DNA from: Campylobacterota bacterium
GTDB taxonomy: Bacteria > Babelota > Babeliae > Babelales > GCA-2401785
DNA length: 10,749 bases
Reading direction: 5' to 3'
Assembly (NCBI GenBank): GCA_040374805.1
Contig: JBEITS010000023.1
Span: 1 to 10,749 of the forward strand
In this document: positions 1-7,015 of the stretch, piece by piece
Position numbering within the stretch: position 1 is the stretch's first letter
Layout: each line of letters starts with the position of its first letter
Position numbers and translations under genes: made by a program
The notes under the pieces: generated by a model
Database searches by the model: none
Told to the model about the DNA's origin: nothing
The model's input: the letters and a program-made list of their open reading frames with translations, nothing else

Positions 1-2
1 AG

Positions 3-176
3 TGGGATATTGCAAGTGATGTGCGTATCGCTATTTATAAAGCATTCCGTGAGAAGGGCATCGTCTTCCCTTACCCTCGAATGATTTTGTATCAAAACCA
101 AAACAAGCATGATGACGCAAGCTCATTCTTCAAGTTTAAGTTTGATAACGAAATTGGAGCGCAAAACTTCGATTGA
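3..176 (+). CDS. 3' fragment of a mechanosensitive channel (MscS-family-like) C-terminal domain; the gene starts upstream of the window
   Basis: Frame 3 is open from the window edge to a TGA at 174-176. It translates to WDIASDVRIAIYKAFREKGIVFPYPRMILYQNQ..., which resembles the conserved C-terminal region of MscS-type channels. This is recognition by eye and was not searched. Confidence 0.45.
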   Translation, partial: WDIASDVRIAIYKAFREKGIVFPYPRMILYQNQNKHDDASSFFKFKFDNEIGAQNFD

Positions 177-201
177 TTTTTTAGGTCGAGCTTAGTTAAA
201 C

Positions 202-245
202 AAAAAGCCACGCACAGAATAACGGTGTGCGTGGCTTTTTGTTTG
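202..245. terminator. Bidirectional rho-independent terminator between the convergent MscS-like and NUDIX genes
   Basis: A perfect 11-bp stem agccacgcaca (206-216) pairs with tgtgcgtggct (226-236) around a 9-nt loop. It is flanked by an A-run on the left and a T-run on the right, so it reads as a terminator on both strands. Confidence 0.75.
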
Positions 246-292
246 ATTCTCGTAGAGAAAACCCTTGATGCATTACATGTGCATCGAGTGAT

Positions 293-742
293 TTATTTTT
301 CTGAGGGGTACTCGGAGTACATGACCTCTTCAAACATGTTTTCAATCGCTTGCCTGTTGCGTGCAATAAGCGTTTCTGGAAGTTGATCCATATCGACCCA
401 TTCAAGGCGATCATGTTTGTGAGAAGCTTTATTGAAGGGCTCGCCTTCCCATTTTTTTACCAAAAAGTAGTTTTCTTCTGTTTCGCGGTCGTTGTCTTTG
501 GATGAAATAACGTGAACAAGCGTAAGATCTTCTGGTTTCACCGTTACACCAACTTCTTCAAAAATTTCGCGAATAGCTGCCTGCTTAATAGGTTCTCCAG
601 GTTGAGCCAACCCGCCAATAAGACCGTGCTTATTATTGTTTTGTTCTGTGTTATTGCGAAAAACAGTGAGAACGTCGCCATTTTTTATAAAAATTGCGCC
701 GACGCCAATAAAAGATTTTGTAGCGTTTTCGGGGTGGGGCAT
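293..742 (-). CDS. NUDIX (MutT-like) hydrolase, 149 aa
   Basis: A perfect Nudix box G-x5-E-x7-REUxEExGU is present as GLAQPGEPIKQAAIREIFEEVGV. I chose the start at ATG 742 (MPHPENATKSF...) because AGGAG sits 8 nt upstream on the minus strand (caAGGAGccattATG). The longer ORF reaching 943 has no RBS and would overlap the neighbouring gene end. Confidence 0.85.
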   Translation of the reverse strand: MPHPENATKSFIGVGAIFIKNGDVLTVFRNNTEQNNNKHGLIGGLAQPGEPIKQAAIREIFEEVGVTVKPEDLTLVHVISSKDNDRETEENYFLVKKWEGEPFNKASHKHDRLEWVDMDQLPETLIARNRQAIENMFEEVMYSEYPSEK

Positions 743-846
743 AATGGCTCCTTGCAGTGTTGTATTTGAGCACATTGGTGTATGGCTCAAGTATACCATG
801 CAATTATGGGCCGTACATAATGTCTGCAGGAACGGCTTTGGTGTGG

Positions 847-1815
847 CTATTGCCACTGAAATAGATCGAAGTTTTCGTCTTGGCGCAGCTGGGCAAGCTC
901 TTGGATTGCTTGGCGTATTTTGGTGAACCCAGTTTTTCTCCATTCAGGGTTTGTGTGCGTGGAATTGCGTGAGGGGGGCATTGATTGCTGTGTTAAGGCT
1001 TGGTAGGTGCACTCTGTGGCATTGGGTACATAAATCCAGTTTTCAACAAAATTGATCTGAATGCTTCTTGTAAGCAAATTGTTTTGAGTGTCATTAAAAA
1101 TAAGGACGATCCACGGGGTTGATTTGTCTGCTTGCAGTGCTTTAAGGGCATTTTCGGCCTGGCTTAGCAGTGCAAGATGAGAAACTTTTATCACCAGGAA
1201 CTTAAAAATATAGGCATCATTGTTGTTCGAATTGCTGATGCTGTTGAGGAGCGCTTCTTCCTTGAGCTTCTGTGTTTTTGAGCTAATAAATGTGTGAACG
1301 TTAACGACTTGGATTGTCCTGAGGCTTGGGTCGATATCAAACTTTTCTGTGAATCGGTTTTCAAAATCGGCGAGTGTGTGGATATTTTCTGCTGCGCGAG
1401 ATGATGTTCGATCGAGCTGCTTGAGCGCCATCGTTTTTTCTTTTTCGTTGTGCATGAGGTCAGCAATTTCGGCTGCTATTATTTCTTGTTCTGTTGGTTG
1501 CAAAGCTCTTCTCATGGCATTTACACGTTCTGCACGTGTTGATTGATTGAATGTGTCACTCGATTTGCTGGGCGCGCTGGTTTGATCTGGGCATGCCAGT
1601 GCTTTTTGCACGGCGGGTGGAAGCGATTGTTGTTGTGTTCCCGCAATGAACTTTTTGAGTTTTGCCGAGCGTAGCCCGTTGGTTACTTTTGTGATGTAAG
1701 GGGTGATTATGCTTACCGCGGTTTCTAGCATTGCCTGAGGTGAGCGAGCTGAGGCTGAAGGGGTAGCGAGGGCGAGCAGCGTTGCCGCAAGCAGTGCAAA
1801 TTGTTTCTTTTGCAT
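847..1815 (-). CDS. Secreted/periplasmic protein of unknown function, 322 aa, with a Sec signal peptide
   Basis: The N-terminus MQKKQFALLAATLLALATPSASA/RS has a basic n-region, a hydrophobic core and an AxA cleavage site. AAGGC lies 7 nt upstream of the ATG. There is an Asn-rich stretch, NSISNSNNND, and I recognise no family. Confidence 0.65.
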   Translation of the reverse strand: MQKKQFALLAATLLALATPSASARSPQAMLETAVSIITPYITKVTNGLRSAKLKKFIAGTQQQSLPPAVQKALACPDQTSAPSKSSDTFNQSTRAERVNAMRRALQPTEQEIIAAEIADLMHNEKEKTMALKQLDRTSSRAAENIHTLADFENRFTEKFDIDPSLRTIQVVNVHTFISSKTQKLKEEALLNSISNSNNNDAYIFKFLVIKVSHLALLSQAENALKALQADKSTPWIVLIFNDTQNNLLTRSIQINFVENWIYVPNATECTYQALTQQSMPPSRNSTHTNPEWRKTGFTKIRQAIQELAQLRQDENFDLFQWQ

Positions 1816-1955
1816 GAAAAAGCCTTAAATTCCGCGAAAAGGCGGGTGAGGGGTGGGTTTTCTGTATTGTATTAGTCTGCCAGAAGGTTTGTTCTGTGCG
1901 AGTGCTTCTCTGGTTTTAGAGAAAAAGCTTGGAAAATTACCCTTTTTGAGGGGGC

Positions 1956-2321
1956 TTAGGGGGTTCGAGCCAACAGCTTTTTGCCTTCAATGATGAGCCG
2001 CTCGAGAACGATAATGCTTAAAAAAAGGGCTACATAATAACCCCAGCTGGGCATATTGAGGGCTTGTTTAACCCAGCGCATGGCTATAAATAAGCTCGTT
2101 GCGCTCGCTAAGATAAGTGCCCAGTCGCGTTGGAGGGTTAGGTTTTTTTGTGCGGCTTGAGCGGGATATTTAAGGCAGAGAGACGCGCAGAAAAAAAGGT
2201 TGGCGAGTAGGCCGTACCAGATGGGGATGCCAAGATAAAGCTGGATCGACCATGAAGCAGCAGACCAAACAAGGCTGAAGATAATGTTTTTTGGCGTGAG
2301 AAGGGATAAAAGACGTTTCAT
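1956..2321 (-). CDS. Small polytopic inner-membrane protein, 121 aa, about 4 predicted TM helices, unknown function
   Basis: The ORF is hydrophobic throughout, with segments such as IIFSLVWSAASWSIQLYLGIPIWYGLLANLFFCASL. A TAAGAGA Shine-Dalgarno lies 9-14 nt upstream and is embedded in a hairpin arm. Confidence 0.55.
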   Translation of the reverse strand: MKRLLSLLTPKNIIFSLVWSAASWSIQLYLGIPIWYGLLANLFFCASLCLKYPAQAAQKNLTLQRDWALILASATSLFIAMRWVKQALNMPSWGYYVALFLSIIVLERLIIEGKKLLARTP

Positions 2322-2333
2322 GCAAAGGGTCTC

Positions 2334-2367
2334 TTAAGAGCTTGCGAGCGGATGTAGAAGCTCTTAA
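2334..2367 (-). promoter_or_regulatory. Perfect 10-bp stem-loop in the 5' leader of the 121-aa membrane-protein gene, overlapping its Shine-Dalgarno
   Basis: ttaagagctt (2334-2343) pairs with aagctcttaa (2358-2367) across a 14-nt loop. On the minus-strand mRNA the 3' arm AAGCUCUUAA runs straight into GAGA, which is the RBS TAAGAGA, about 9 nt before the AUG at 2321. Confidence 0.35.
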
Positions 2368-2634
2368 AGTCTACGCACCTCTTGGGAGGAGGTGCAATTA
2401 TTCGCCGCGCTTTTGTTTGTGAGGTGCTAATCATGCAATTTAATACTAGAGAATTCTTGTTTTGAGACTTTGGATTAGCAGTATTTTTCTAACATCTGTT
2501 GGCGCAAATCCAATGCAATCAATTTATACGTTTGCTAAGTTGTTTGCTGACCGGCTTGTTCAGGCATAAAGCCTTAAGAACTTAAAGATACGGATTGGGG
2601 AGTGGCGTATCGTCAACAAGTCGTATTTCAATCG

Positions 2635-3138
2635 TTACGATTTTCGGCTTAACAAGCTTTTAATCTTGTTCATAATATGGCCCATGTAGCCAACGCCGGC
2701 ACCCATAGAAAAGTGTAGCAGAAGCCTAAGAATGGTTTCGCTTGCAGGGTTGAGTTGCAGTAGAGGCAGGTGTGAGATGAGTAAAATCTGACCTGAACTT
2801 AGGGCGGCAAGAACGCCTGCAGATAGTCCAACAATTTTTACTTTTGTTAATGTTGAAAGAGATGAGTCTTGCAGGTCGACAGGTTTTGTTTTTGTGAAAA
2901 AGGTGAATGCTCCGGCAAAATACCCGGCCATTGTTGCGATAAAGGCTTGCCAGCTATGAAATGCAGTGTTTTTGCTTGCCATGTAGATGTGGTTGTATTG
3001 CTCGGGAAAGGTAAGGCCAAAGAATTGTAGGCCATAATGCACAGCGCCGAAGATAATAATGCCAAAGAGTCCTGCGGCACATGCGGCGATCGTGAAGCCG
3101 AGAAGCATTCCTAATTTTTCTTTAAAAGATTCGTTCAT
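2635..3138 (-). CDS. Polytopic membrane protein of unknown function, 167 aa
   Basis: The ORF has several long hydrophobic segments, for example LGMLLGFTIAACAAGLFGIIIFGAVHYGL and IVGLSAGVLAALSSGQILLI. It starts 61 bp downstream of the flotillin stop, after a strong hairpin. The RBS is a weak AAGAG. Confidence 0.55.
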   Translation of the reverse strand: MNESFKEKLGMLLGFTIAACAAGLFGIIIFGAVHYGLQFFGLTFPEQYNHIYMASKNTAFHSWQAFIATMAGYFAGAFTFFTKTKPVDLQDSSLSTLTKVKIVGLSAGVLAALSSGQILLISHLPLLQLNPASETILRLLLHFSMGAGVGYMGHIMNKIKSLLSRKS

Positions 3139-3164
3139 ACATTCTCTTTGTGGTTAAGATTAAT

Positions 3165-3193
3165 GGTCTGGAGAGAAAATATCTCTCCAGACC
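3165..3193 (-). terminator. Perfect 12-bp stem-loop between the flotillin stop and the next gene; probable intrinsic terminator or attenuator
   Basis: ggtctggagaga (3165-3176) pairs with tctctccagacc (3182-3193) around a 5-nt loop. It lies 7 nt after the flotillin TAA on the minus strand. The minus-strand tail AUUAAUCUU is only moderately U-rich, so it may terminate partially or act as a stability element. Confidence 0.45.
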
Positions 3194-3199
3194 GCTGTG

Positions 3200-4528
3200 T
3201 TACGCTTTTTTTTCTGAGTCTTGTTTGTCTTCAAGCTCGCCTAAATAGTCGGGCAGTTTTACGCCAGACATTTTAGCAAGTTCATGGAGAGGGGGCAGCG
3301 ACTTAATCATTCCGCTTAAGAAATTTGCGGTTGAGCTTTTATCGCCTTGGCCGCTGTCCCAAACAGTAATTTTATCTATTTTAATGTTTTTGATGGCTTC
3401 GGTTTGAAGTCTGACAATTTCATCGAGCTTTTCTACCATCAGCATGGTTGATGCGTCTTTGCTAGATGAACAGGCATCAACCAAGAGTTTATACCCTTGA
3501 GCTTTTGCTTGAAGTGTTTGCAAGATGCCCTGCGCTTCTGCTTGTTTGATTGCAAGGATCGAAGCTGCTTTAGCGAGCGCGTCAATTTTTTGCTTTTCAG
3601 CATCGGCTGAGGCTTCAATTTCGATCATTCGCTTTTCGATTTCTTTGGGCACAATTTCTTCTGCTTCAAGACGTCTGCTTTCTGCAACGGTTTTTGCGAT
3701 GTTAATTTCTGCGAATGCATTTTGTAGAGAAACTTTACTGCGTCTATCGGCATCGGCTTCTTGTTCAACAAGTTGCGCATTGAAATCTGCAATTCGCGCC
3801 TTTGATGCGTTTTCGCCTTCCACCGCTTGGGCGTGGTAGGCTGCAACTTGAATTCGACGTTCTTTTTCGGCGAGCGATTTTCCAATTTCACCAAGCTTTT
3901 CTTGTTCTGCAACGTCGATTTTTGCTTGGTTGAGCGCTGTGGAAACAGATTTTCTTCCAATGCTTTCGATGTAGCCAGATTCGTCGGTGATATCGGTGAT
4001 GTTTACGTTGAGCAGCATAAGGCCAATTTTCTTGAGTTCTGGCTCGATGTGTTTTCTGATTTCGAATAAGAAGCGTTCTCGGTCGCGGTTGATTTCTTCA
4101 ATCTGGAGCGATGCAACGGTTAATCGTAATTGCCCCACAATGATTTCTGTAGCCATTAGCTCGATGTCTTTAGGCGAGAGGCCTAGCAATCTAATGGCGG
4201 CGTTCTGCATCGCTTCTGGCGTGGTATCTAGAGCAACAGTAAACGTGCTGGGCACGTTGATACGAATGTTTTGTTGAGAGAGCGCAGATTTTAGCGGAAC
4301 GTGAATAGCAATAGGGGTGAGATCGAGATAGTGATAATCCTGGATGAGTGGCCAAACGAATGCGCCACCGCCGTGGTAACACTTAGACGACTGATCTGCT
4401 TGCACGCGTCCAAAAACAACAAGGATTTTGTTGGACGGGCAACGGTGATAACAATTTGCCAGAAAAACTAGGGTGAAAAATATAAAGAGTGCCGCTGAGG
4501 CAGCCCCAAGTAATACAAAATCAATCAT
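3200..4528 (-). CDS. yqiK: Flotillin-like SPFH/band-7 protein (YqiK-type), 442 aa
   Basis: The protein has an N-terminal TM helix (FVLLGAASAALFIFFTLVFL), an SPFH core, and a long Ala/Glu/Lys-rich coiled-coil region (EQEADADRRSKV...AEKQKIDALAKAASILAIKQAEAQG) typical of bacterial flotillins. A GGAGAGG RBS lies 8 nt upstream. Its ATG overlaps the upstream gene's TGA as ATGA. Confidence 0.85.
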   Translation of the reverse strand: MIDFVLLGAASAALFIFFTLVFLANCYHRCPSNKILVVFGRVQADQSSKCYHGGGAFVWPLIQDYHYLDLTPIAIHVPLKSALSQQNIRINVPSTFTVALDTTPEAMQNAAIRLLGLSPKDIELMATEIIVGQLRLTVASLQIEEINRDRERFLFEIRKHIEPELKKIGLMLLNVNITDITDESGYIESIGRKSVSTALNQAKIDVAEQEKLGEIGKSLAEKERRIQVAAYHAQAVEGENASKARIADFNAQLVEQEADADRRSKVSLQNAFAEINIAKTVAESRRLEAEEIVPKEIEKRMIEIEASADAEKQKIDALAKAASILAIKQAEAQGILQTLQAKAQGYKLLVDACSSSKDASTMLMVEKLDEIVRLQTEAIKNIKIDKITVWDSGQGDKSSTANFLSGMIKSLPPLHELAKMSGVKLPDYLGELEDKQDSEKKA

Positions 4529-5124
4529 TTAGATTCCTCTCCGATTTTTACGACTTCAACAACTTCGTGGTCGATTGCTTTAACCACCTTAACAAGGTTA
4601 AACGATTCTATGGGTTTTTTTGAGTGAGATTGAGCAAGGAGTTCGCGCGTGCTGCCGTTAACAATTACCTGTACTTTGCCTTGGCCATGCGCCGGAATTC
4701 TTTGGATTACAGTTGCGGGTAGTCCGACAGTCTTTTTGCTCGAAAAAACCGCCCCCGCGCCTTCAAGCGATAGCGCAATCTGCATTAGAGAAGCTGTGAT
4801 AATGAGCATTGCGATGCCACATCCTAGTGCGATGAGCATAGAATATCCTGGAGTCATTTTGAACTGCACGCTGCACGCAAGCCCAGCCCAGCCAAACATC
4901 ATCAAAAATCCAGACAGCGAATGTATGGTCAAAAATTTGAAGAGTGCGCCATCGTGATGATGCATGTCGTGCAGATCATCAACATCCATGTCGTGCTCAA
5001 AAAAGCCGCCGCCAAAGAACGATAGCATGAGGCGTAGTGCAAAAAATGTTGTTCCGAGGGTTGCGCTTACCCAGAAAATAGGATCCTGGGTGGTTGTTAG
5101 AAAATTAATAATGCGGTCAATCAT
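4525..5124 (-). CDS. yqiJ: NfeD-like membrane protein (YqiJ-type flotillin partner), 199 aa
   Basis: Membrane helices are followed by a C-terminal OB-fold-like NfeD signature, GQGKVQVIVNGSTRELLAQS...VKVVKAIDHEVVEVVKI. The gene sits immediately upstream of the flotillin gene with a 4-bp overlap, which is the canonical nfeD-flotillin arrangement. AAGGAA lies 8 nt upstream of the ATG at 5124. There is an unusual His/Asp-rich stretch, HDMDVDDLHDMHHHDG. Confidence 0.7.
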   Translation of the reverse strand: MIDRIINFLTTTQDPIFWVSATLGTTFFALRLMLSFFGGGFFEHDMDVDDLHDMHHHDGALFKFLTIHSLSGFLMMFGWAGLACSVQFKMTPGYSMLIALGCGIAMLIITASLMQIALSLEGAGAVFSSKKTVGLPATVIQRIPAHGQGKVQVIVNGSTRELLAQSHSKKPIESFNLVKVVKAIDHEVVEVVKIGEESK

Positions 5125-5197
5125 TGCGAGAATTCCTTAAAAAAGAGGTAAGGGTTCGAGTTTTAATGACGATTGCTGAGAGCTTGAGGTTTTTAGA

Positions 5198-5215
5198 AAT
5201 AAGGGGAATAAGGGG
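5198..5215. repeat. Tandem 9-bp direct repeat (aataagggg x2) in the promoter region of the nfeD-flotillin operon
   Basis: aataagggg occurs at 5198-5206 and again at 5207-5215, about 75-90 bp upstream of the nfeD start on the minus strand. It could be a regulator binding site. Confidence 0.3.
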
Positions 5216-5361
5216 CAAAACGACAACGCTTTTTATGGTATCAGAGATAGAAAATTGTGGAAGTTTGGATGCTTGGTGGTGTTTTGGGCTATGGAATAGA
5301 TAATTTTATACTTAAGTTACGTGCGGCGCAGTTAGCTTAAGCCTTGATAAAGGCCGTCCTG

Positions 5362-5388
5362 CCAGTCAATTCCTCCGGAAATGACTGG
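5362..5388 (-). repeat. tRNA 3'-trailer hairpin, copy 1 (CCAGTCA-N13-TGACTGG), overlapping the CCA of tRNA-Glu
   Basis: ccagtca attcctccggaaa tgactgg: a 7-bp stem whose tgg on the plus strand is the CCA of tRNA-Glu on the minus strand. The loop contains the palindrome tccgga. Confidence 0.5.
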
Positions 5389-5462
5389 CGTCCCCAAGGG
5401 GATTCGAACCCCTGTTACCAGAATGAAAATCTGGTGTCCTGGACCGACTAGACGATGGGGAC
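5386..5462 (-). tRNA. tRNA-Glu (anticodon UUC), 77 nt including an encoded CCA
   Basis: The reverse complement reads GTCCCCATCGTCTAGTCGGTCCAGGACACCAGATTTTCATTCTGGTAACAGGGGTTCGAATCCCCTTGGGGACGCCA. It folds as a cloverleaf: 7-bp acceptor stem GTCCCCA/TGGGGAC, anticodon loop TTTTCAT giving anticodon TTC, and T-arm AGGGG-TTCGAAT-CCCCT. It is very close to enterobacterial tRNA-Glu. Confidence 0.92.
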
Positions 5463-5523
5463 TAGCACTAAGAATAGGTAATGGATTAGTCCGTAGACTC
5501 AGCATCTGTGTGAGGCTGGCTTG

Positions 5524-5550
5524 CCAGTCATTTCCGGAAGAAGTGACTGG
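5524..5550 (-). repeat. tRNA 3'-trailer hairpin, copy 2 (CCAGTCA-N13-TGACTGG), overlapping the CCA of tRNA-Lys
   Basis: ccagtca tttccggaagaag tgactgg: the same 7-bp stem as copy 1, preceded by the same tg. The loop is approximately the reverse complement of the copy-1 loop. The tgg at 5548-5550 is the CCA of tRNA-Lys. Confidence 0.5.
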
Positions 5551-5623
5551 TGAGCCGCGTTGGATTCGAACCAACGACCCACAGCTTAAAAGGCTGTTGC
5601 TCTACCGACTGAGCTAGCGGCTC
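5548..5623 (-). tRNA. tRNA-Lys (anticodon UUU), 76 nt including an encoded CCA
   Basis: The reverse complement reads GAGCCGCTAGCTCAGTCGGTAGAGCAACAGCCTTTTAAGCTGTGGGTCGTTGGTTCGAATCCAACGCGGCTCACCA. It has acceptor stem GAGCCGC/GCGGCTC, D-arm GCTC/GAGC, anticodon stem ACAGC/GCTGT with loop CTTTTAA (anticodon TTT), and T-arm GTTGG-TTCGAAT-CCAAC. Confidence 0.92.
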
Positions 5624-5657
5624 TTATTTGGTAATCCATTTGTATACCATGCCACCA

Positions 5658-5686
5658 ATCGTACCGAAGTGGGTTCTGACTGTCAA
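5658..5686 (-). promoter_or_regulatory. Sigma70-type promoter for the tRNA-Lys/tRNA-Glu operon
   Basis: The minus strand reads TTGACA (plus 5681-5686), a 17-nt spacer, then TACGAT (plus 5658-5663). The -35 is perfect and the -10 matches 4 of 6. It lies about 34 nt upstream of the tRNA-Lys 5' end. Confidence 0.5.
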
Positions 5687-5997
5687 GACTGAATCGTTCA
5701 TATGCCGAGATTTTTATACAAAGAAAACTTTTTTGATAAAAATACGCACTTTTTATATCCAACTTCTTATAAATGTTTCAGCATGAATCGTGGCAATAGT
5801 TAAAAGCGCAAAAAACACGCTTTTTTAATGCTGCGTGCTGGTTTGTTATAGGGCCATTTTTATGTGTTTCACTGTGTGATTTATTGTGAGAGTGCAGTTT
5901 TCTGTTTTTAAGCGATAGTGCGAGGTTGGGTTTTGTAAAAAAGCTTAGTGTTCACCAGAAGAAATTGCGTGTTTTTGGCTTGGTTGGTTTGGAAAAA

Positions 5998-6807
5998 ATG
6001 TTGAAAGTTAGAATGATATTTTTAAAACGTATTTTGATGTCAGTTGTTGTGTGTGTGATGTTTGGGAATGCCCCTCTTGGGGCAGGGAAATTTCCCTGGT
6101 GTTGCTGCCGCAGAGGAGATGTTGCAACTCCTGTTGATGAAGATGTCGATGTATATGCAGAGTTTCCTACGGATACTGGTTTGGAAAAAACTTCACCTGT
6201 TAGCGTGCAGCCTTCTCGGCGGTTTTCTGAGTCGGGTGATTCGGTGAGTCCTATAAGGACTCCTCCTGCAGCTCCTTCGTCCCCCATTGTTTTGTCTCCC
6301 ATAATGATGCCTAAACCGCGCATGAATCCAGAAGTTACCAGAGAACTTAGTTACTTGGAGATTGATGTAGTTACTAAGCGTTATTTGGCTTCACAGGTCT
6401 ATAAAGATTTTTATGTAATTCTTCGTAACAACGGTTTTTTTGATCTTGCAACAACAGGTTTTGCACCAGTGTTCGTCCGCACAATTTGGGAGCATGTTGA
6501 AAAGTGTTTGAGCTATAATAATTTGCCAGCAGATTGCCGCACTGTTGCAAGGGTTATGCGTGGATTATTCCCTCAATTCTTATATGATACGTCCCCTTTT
6601 GGGGTTATTGATTTGCGTAGAACGTCTACATTAATTTTGTTTTGGATAACAGGAAGCGATTCGCATGAGCGCGTTGACCGGGCAGATCCTAGAACGGGTA
6701 AATTACAAGGGTTTGCGAGATATACGGGCAGCTTTTTTATACATCCCTTGGACTATTCTGATTATCTCAGAGTGTTTGAGATGGAGCAGACAAGGTTTCG
6801 TGTCTAG
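5998..6807 (+). CDS. Sec-signal protein of unknown function, about 269 aa, with an RGD motif, an acidic segment and a Pro/Ser-rich linker before a C-terminal domain
   Basis: The ORF track starts at TTG 5926, but the ATG at 5998 gives a credible signal peptide MLKVRMIFLKRILMSVVVCVMFGNAPLGA. The mature part reads CCCRRGDVATPVDEDVDVYAEF, then SPIRTPPAAPSSPIVLSPIMMPKPR, then a roughly 150-aa domain containing C...H...D residues (ADCRTVARVMRG ... SDSHERVDRADPRTG). Alternative starts are at 6013 and 6037. Local GC looks low, about 30% by eye near the 5' end. Confidence 0.55.
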   Translation: MLKVRMIFLKRILMSVVVCVMFGNAPLGAGKFPWCCCRRGDVATPVDEDVDVYAEFPTDTGLEKTSPVSVQPSRRFSESGDSVSPIRTPPAAPSSPIVLSPIMMPKPRMNPEVTRELSYLEIDVVTKRYLASQVYKDFYVILRNNGFFDLATTGFAPVFVRTIWEHVEKCLSYNNLPADCRTVARVMRGLFPQFLYDTSPFGVIDLRRTSTLILFWITGSDSHERVDRADPRTGKLQGFARYTGSFFIHPLDYSDYLRVFEMEQTRFRV

Positions 6808-7015
6808 AACTGTTCTTTTTTATACATTTTGAGTGGGAGCATTTTACAAAATTTCTCCCTGTGTTCCAGTGTTCTTAAAAAAGTCCCAAAAGACGCTTTT
6901 TTCGCGGTGTTTTTGCCCAAGAATTGGGCTGTGTGAAGTTTTGATATGTTAATTTTTTACTCAGGCGACGTTGTTTTGTTTGAGTGGCCATACATTTGTT
7001 CTTTGGGGGATCTGC

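Noticed and set aside
196-414. 72-aa minus-strand ORF spanning the terminator and the 3' end of the NUDIX gene
   Set aside because: It overlaps a clear terminator hairpin and a well-supported CDS in another frame. There is no RBS, and the composition reads like translated non-coding sequence.
293-943. A longer 216-aa version of the NUDIX ORF starting at 943
   Set aside because: The extra 67 N-terminal residues have no RBS and would overlap the 3' end of the upstream gene (847..1815). The ATG at 742 has a perfect AGGAG at -8 and starts right at the Nudix fold.
3525-4382. Several 60-110 aa ORFs on both strands inside the flotillin gene (3525..3839, 3625..3960, 3827..4069, 3987..4277, 4191..4382)
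   Set aside because: All lie wholly within the flotillin CDS, in antisense or alternate frames. The repetitive Ala/Glu/Lys coiled-coil coding sequence gives long open frames by chance.
5386-5462. Possibility that the tRNA locus is an integrase att site, with a duplicated tRNA 3' end marking an island boundary
   Set aside because: No integrase gene is present. I found no direct repeat of either tRNA 3' end elsewhere in the window. The accessory-looking genes lie on the 5' promoter side of the tRNAs, not at their 3' ends.
5332-5617. ORFs 5332..5574 (-) and 5381..5617 (+) of about 80 aa
   Set aside because: They are translations straight through the tRNA-Glu and tRNA-Lys genes and their spacer, so they are not coding.
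5802-5826. Short AT-rich hairpin aaaagcg-caaaaaaca-cgctttt followed by T's, between the tRNA promoter and the RGD-protein gene
   Set aside because: The stem is only 5-7 bp and almost all A-T. It could be a weak bidirectional terminator or insulator, but it is not convincing enough to call.
5926-5997. TTG start at 5926 for the RGD protein, as given by the ORF track
   Set aside because: The N-terminal 24 residues (MGFVKKLSVHQKKLRVFGLVGLEK) would precede and spoil the signal peptide. The ATG at 5998 gives a canonical Sec leader. Uncertainty remains between 5998, 6013 and 6037.
5952-6323. 123-aa minus-strand ORF and 61-aa plus-strand ORF (6062..6247) inside the RGD-protein gene
   Set aside because: They are antisense or overlapping frames within a better-supported CDS and have no start context.
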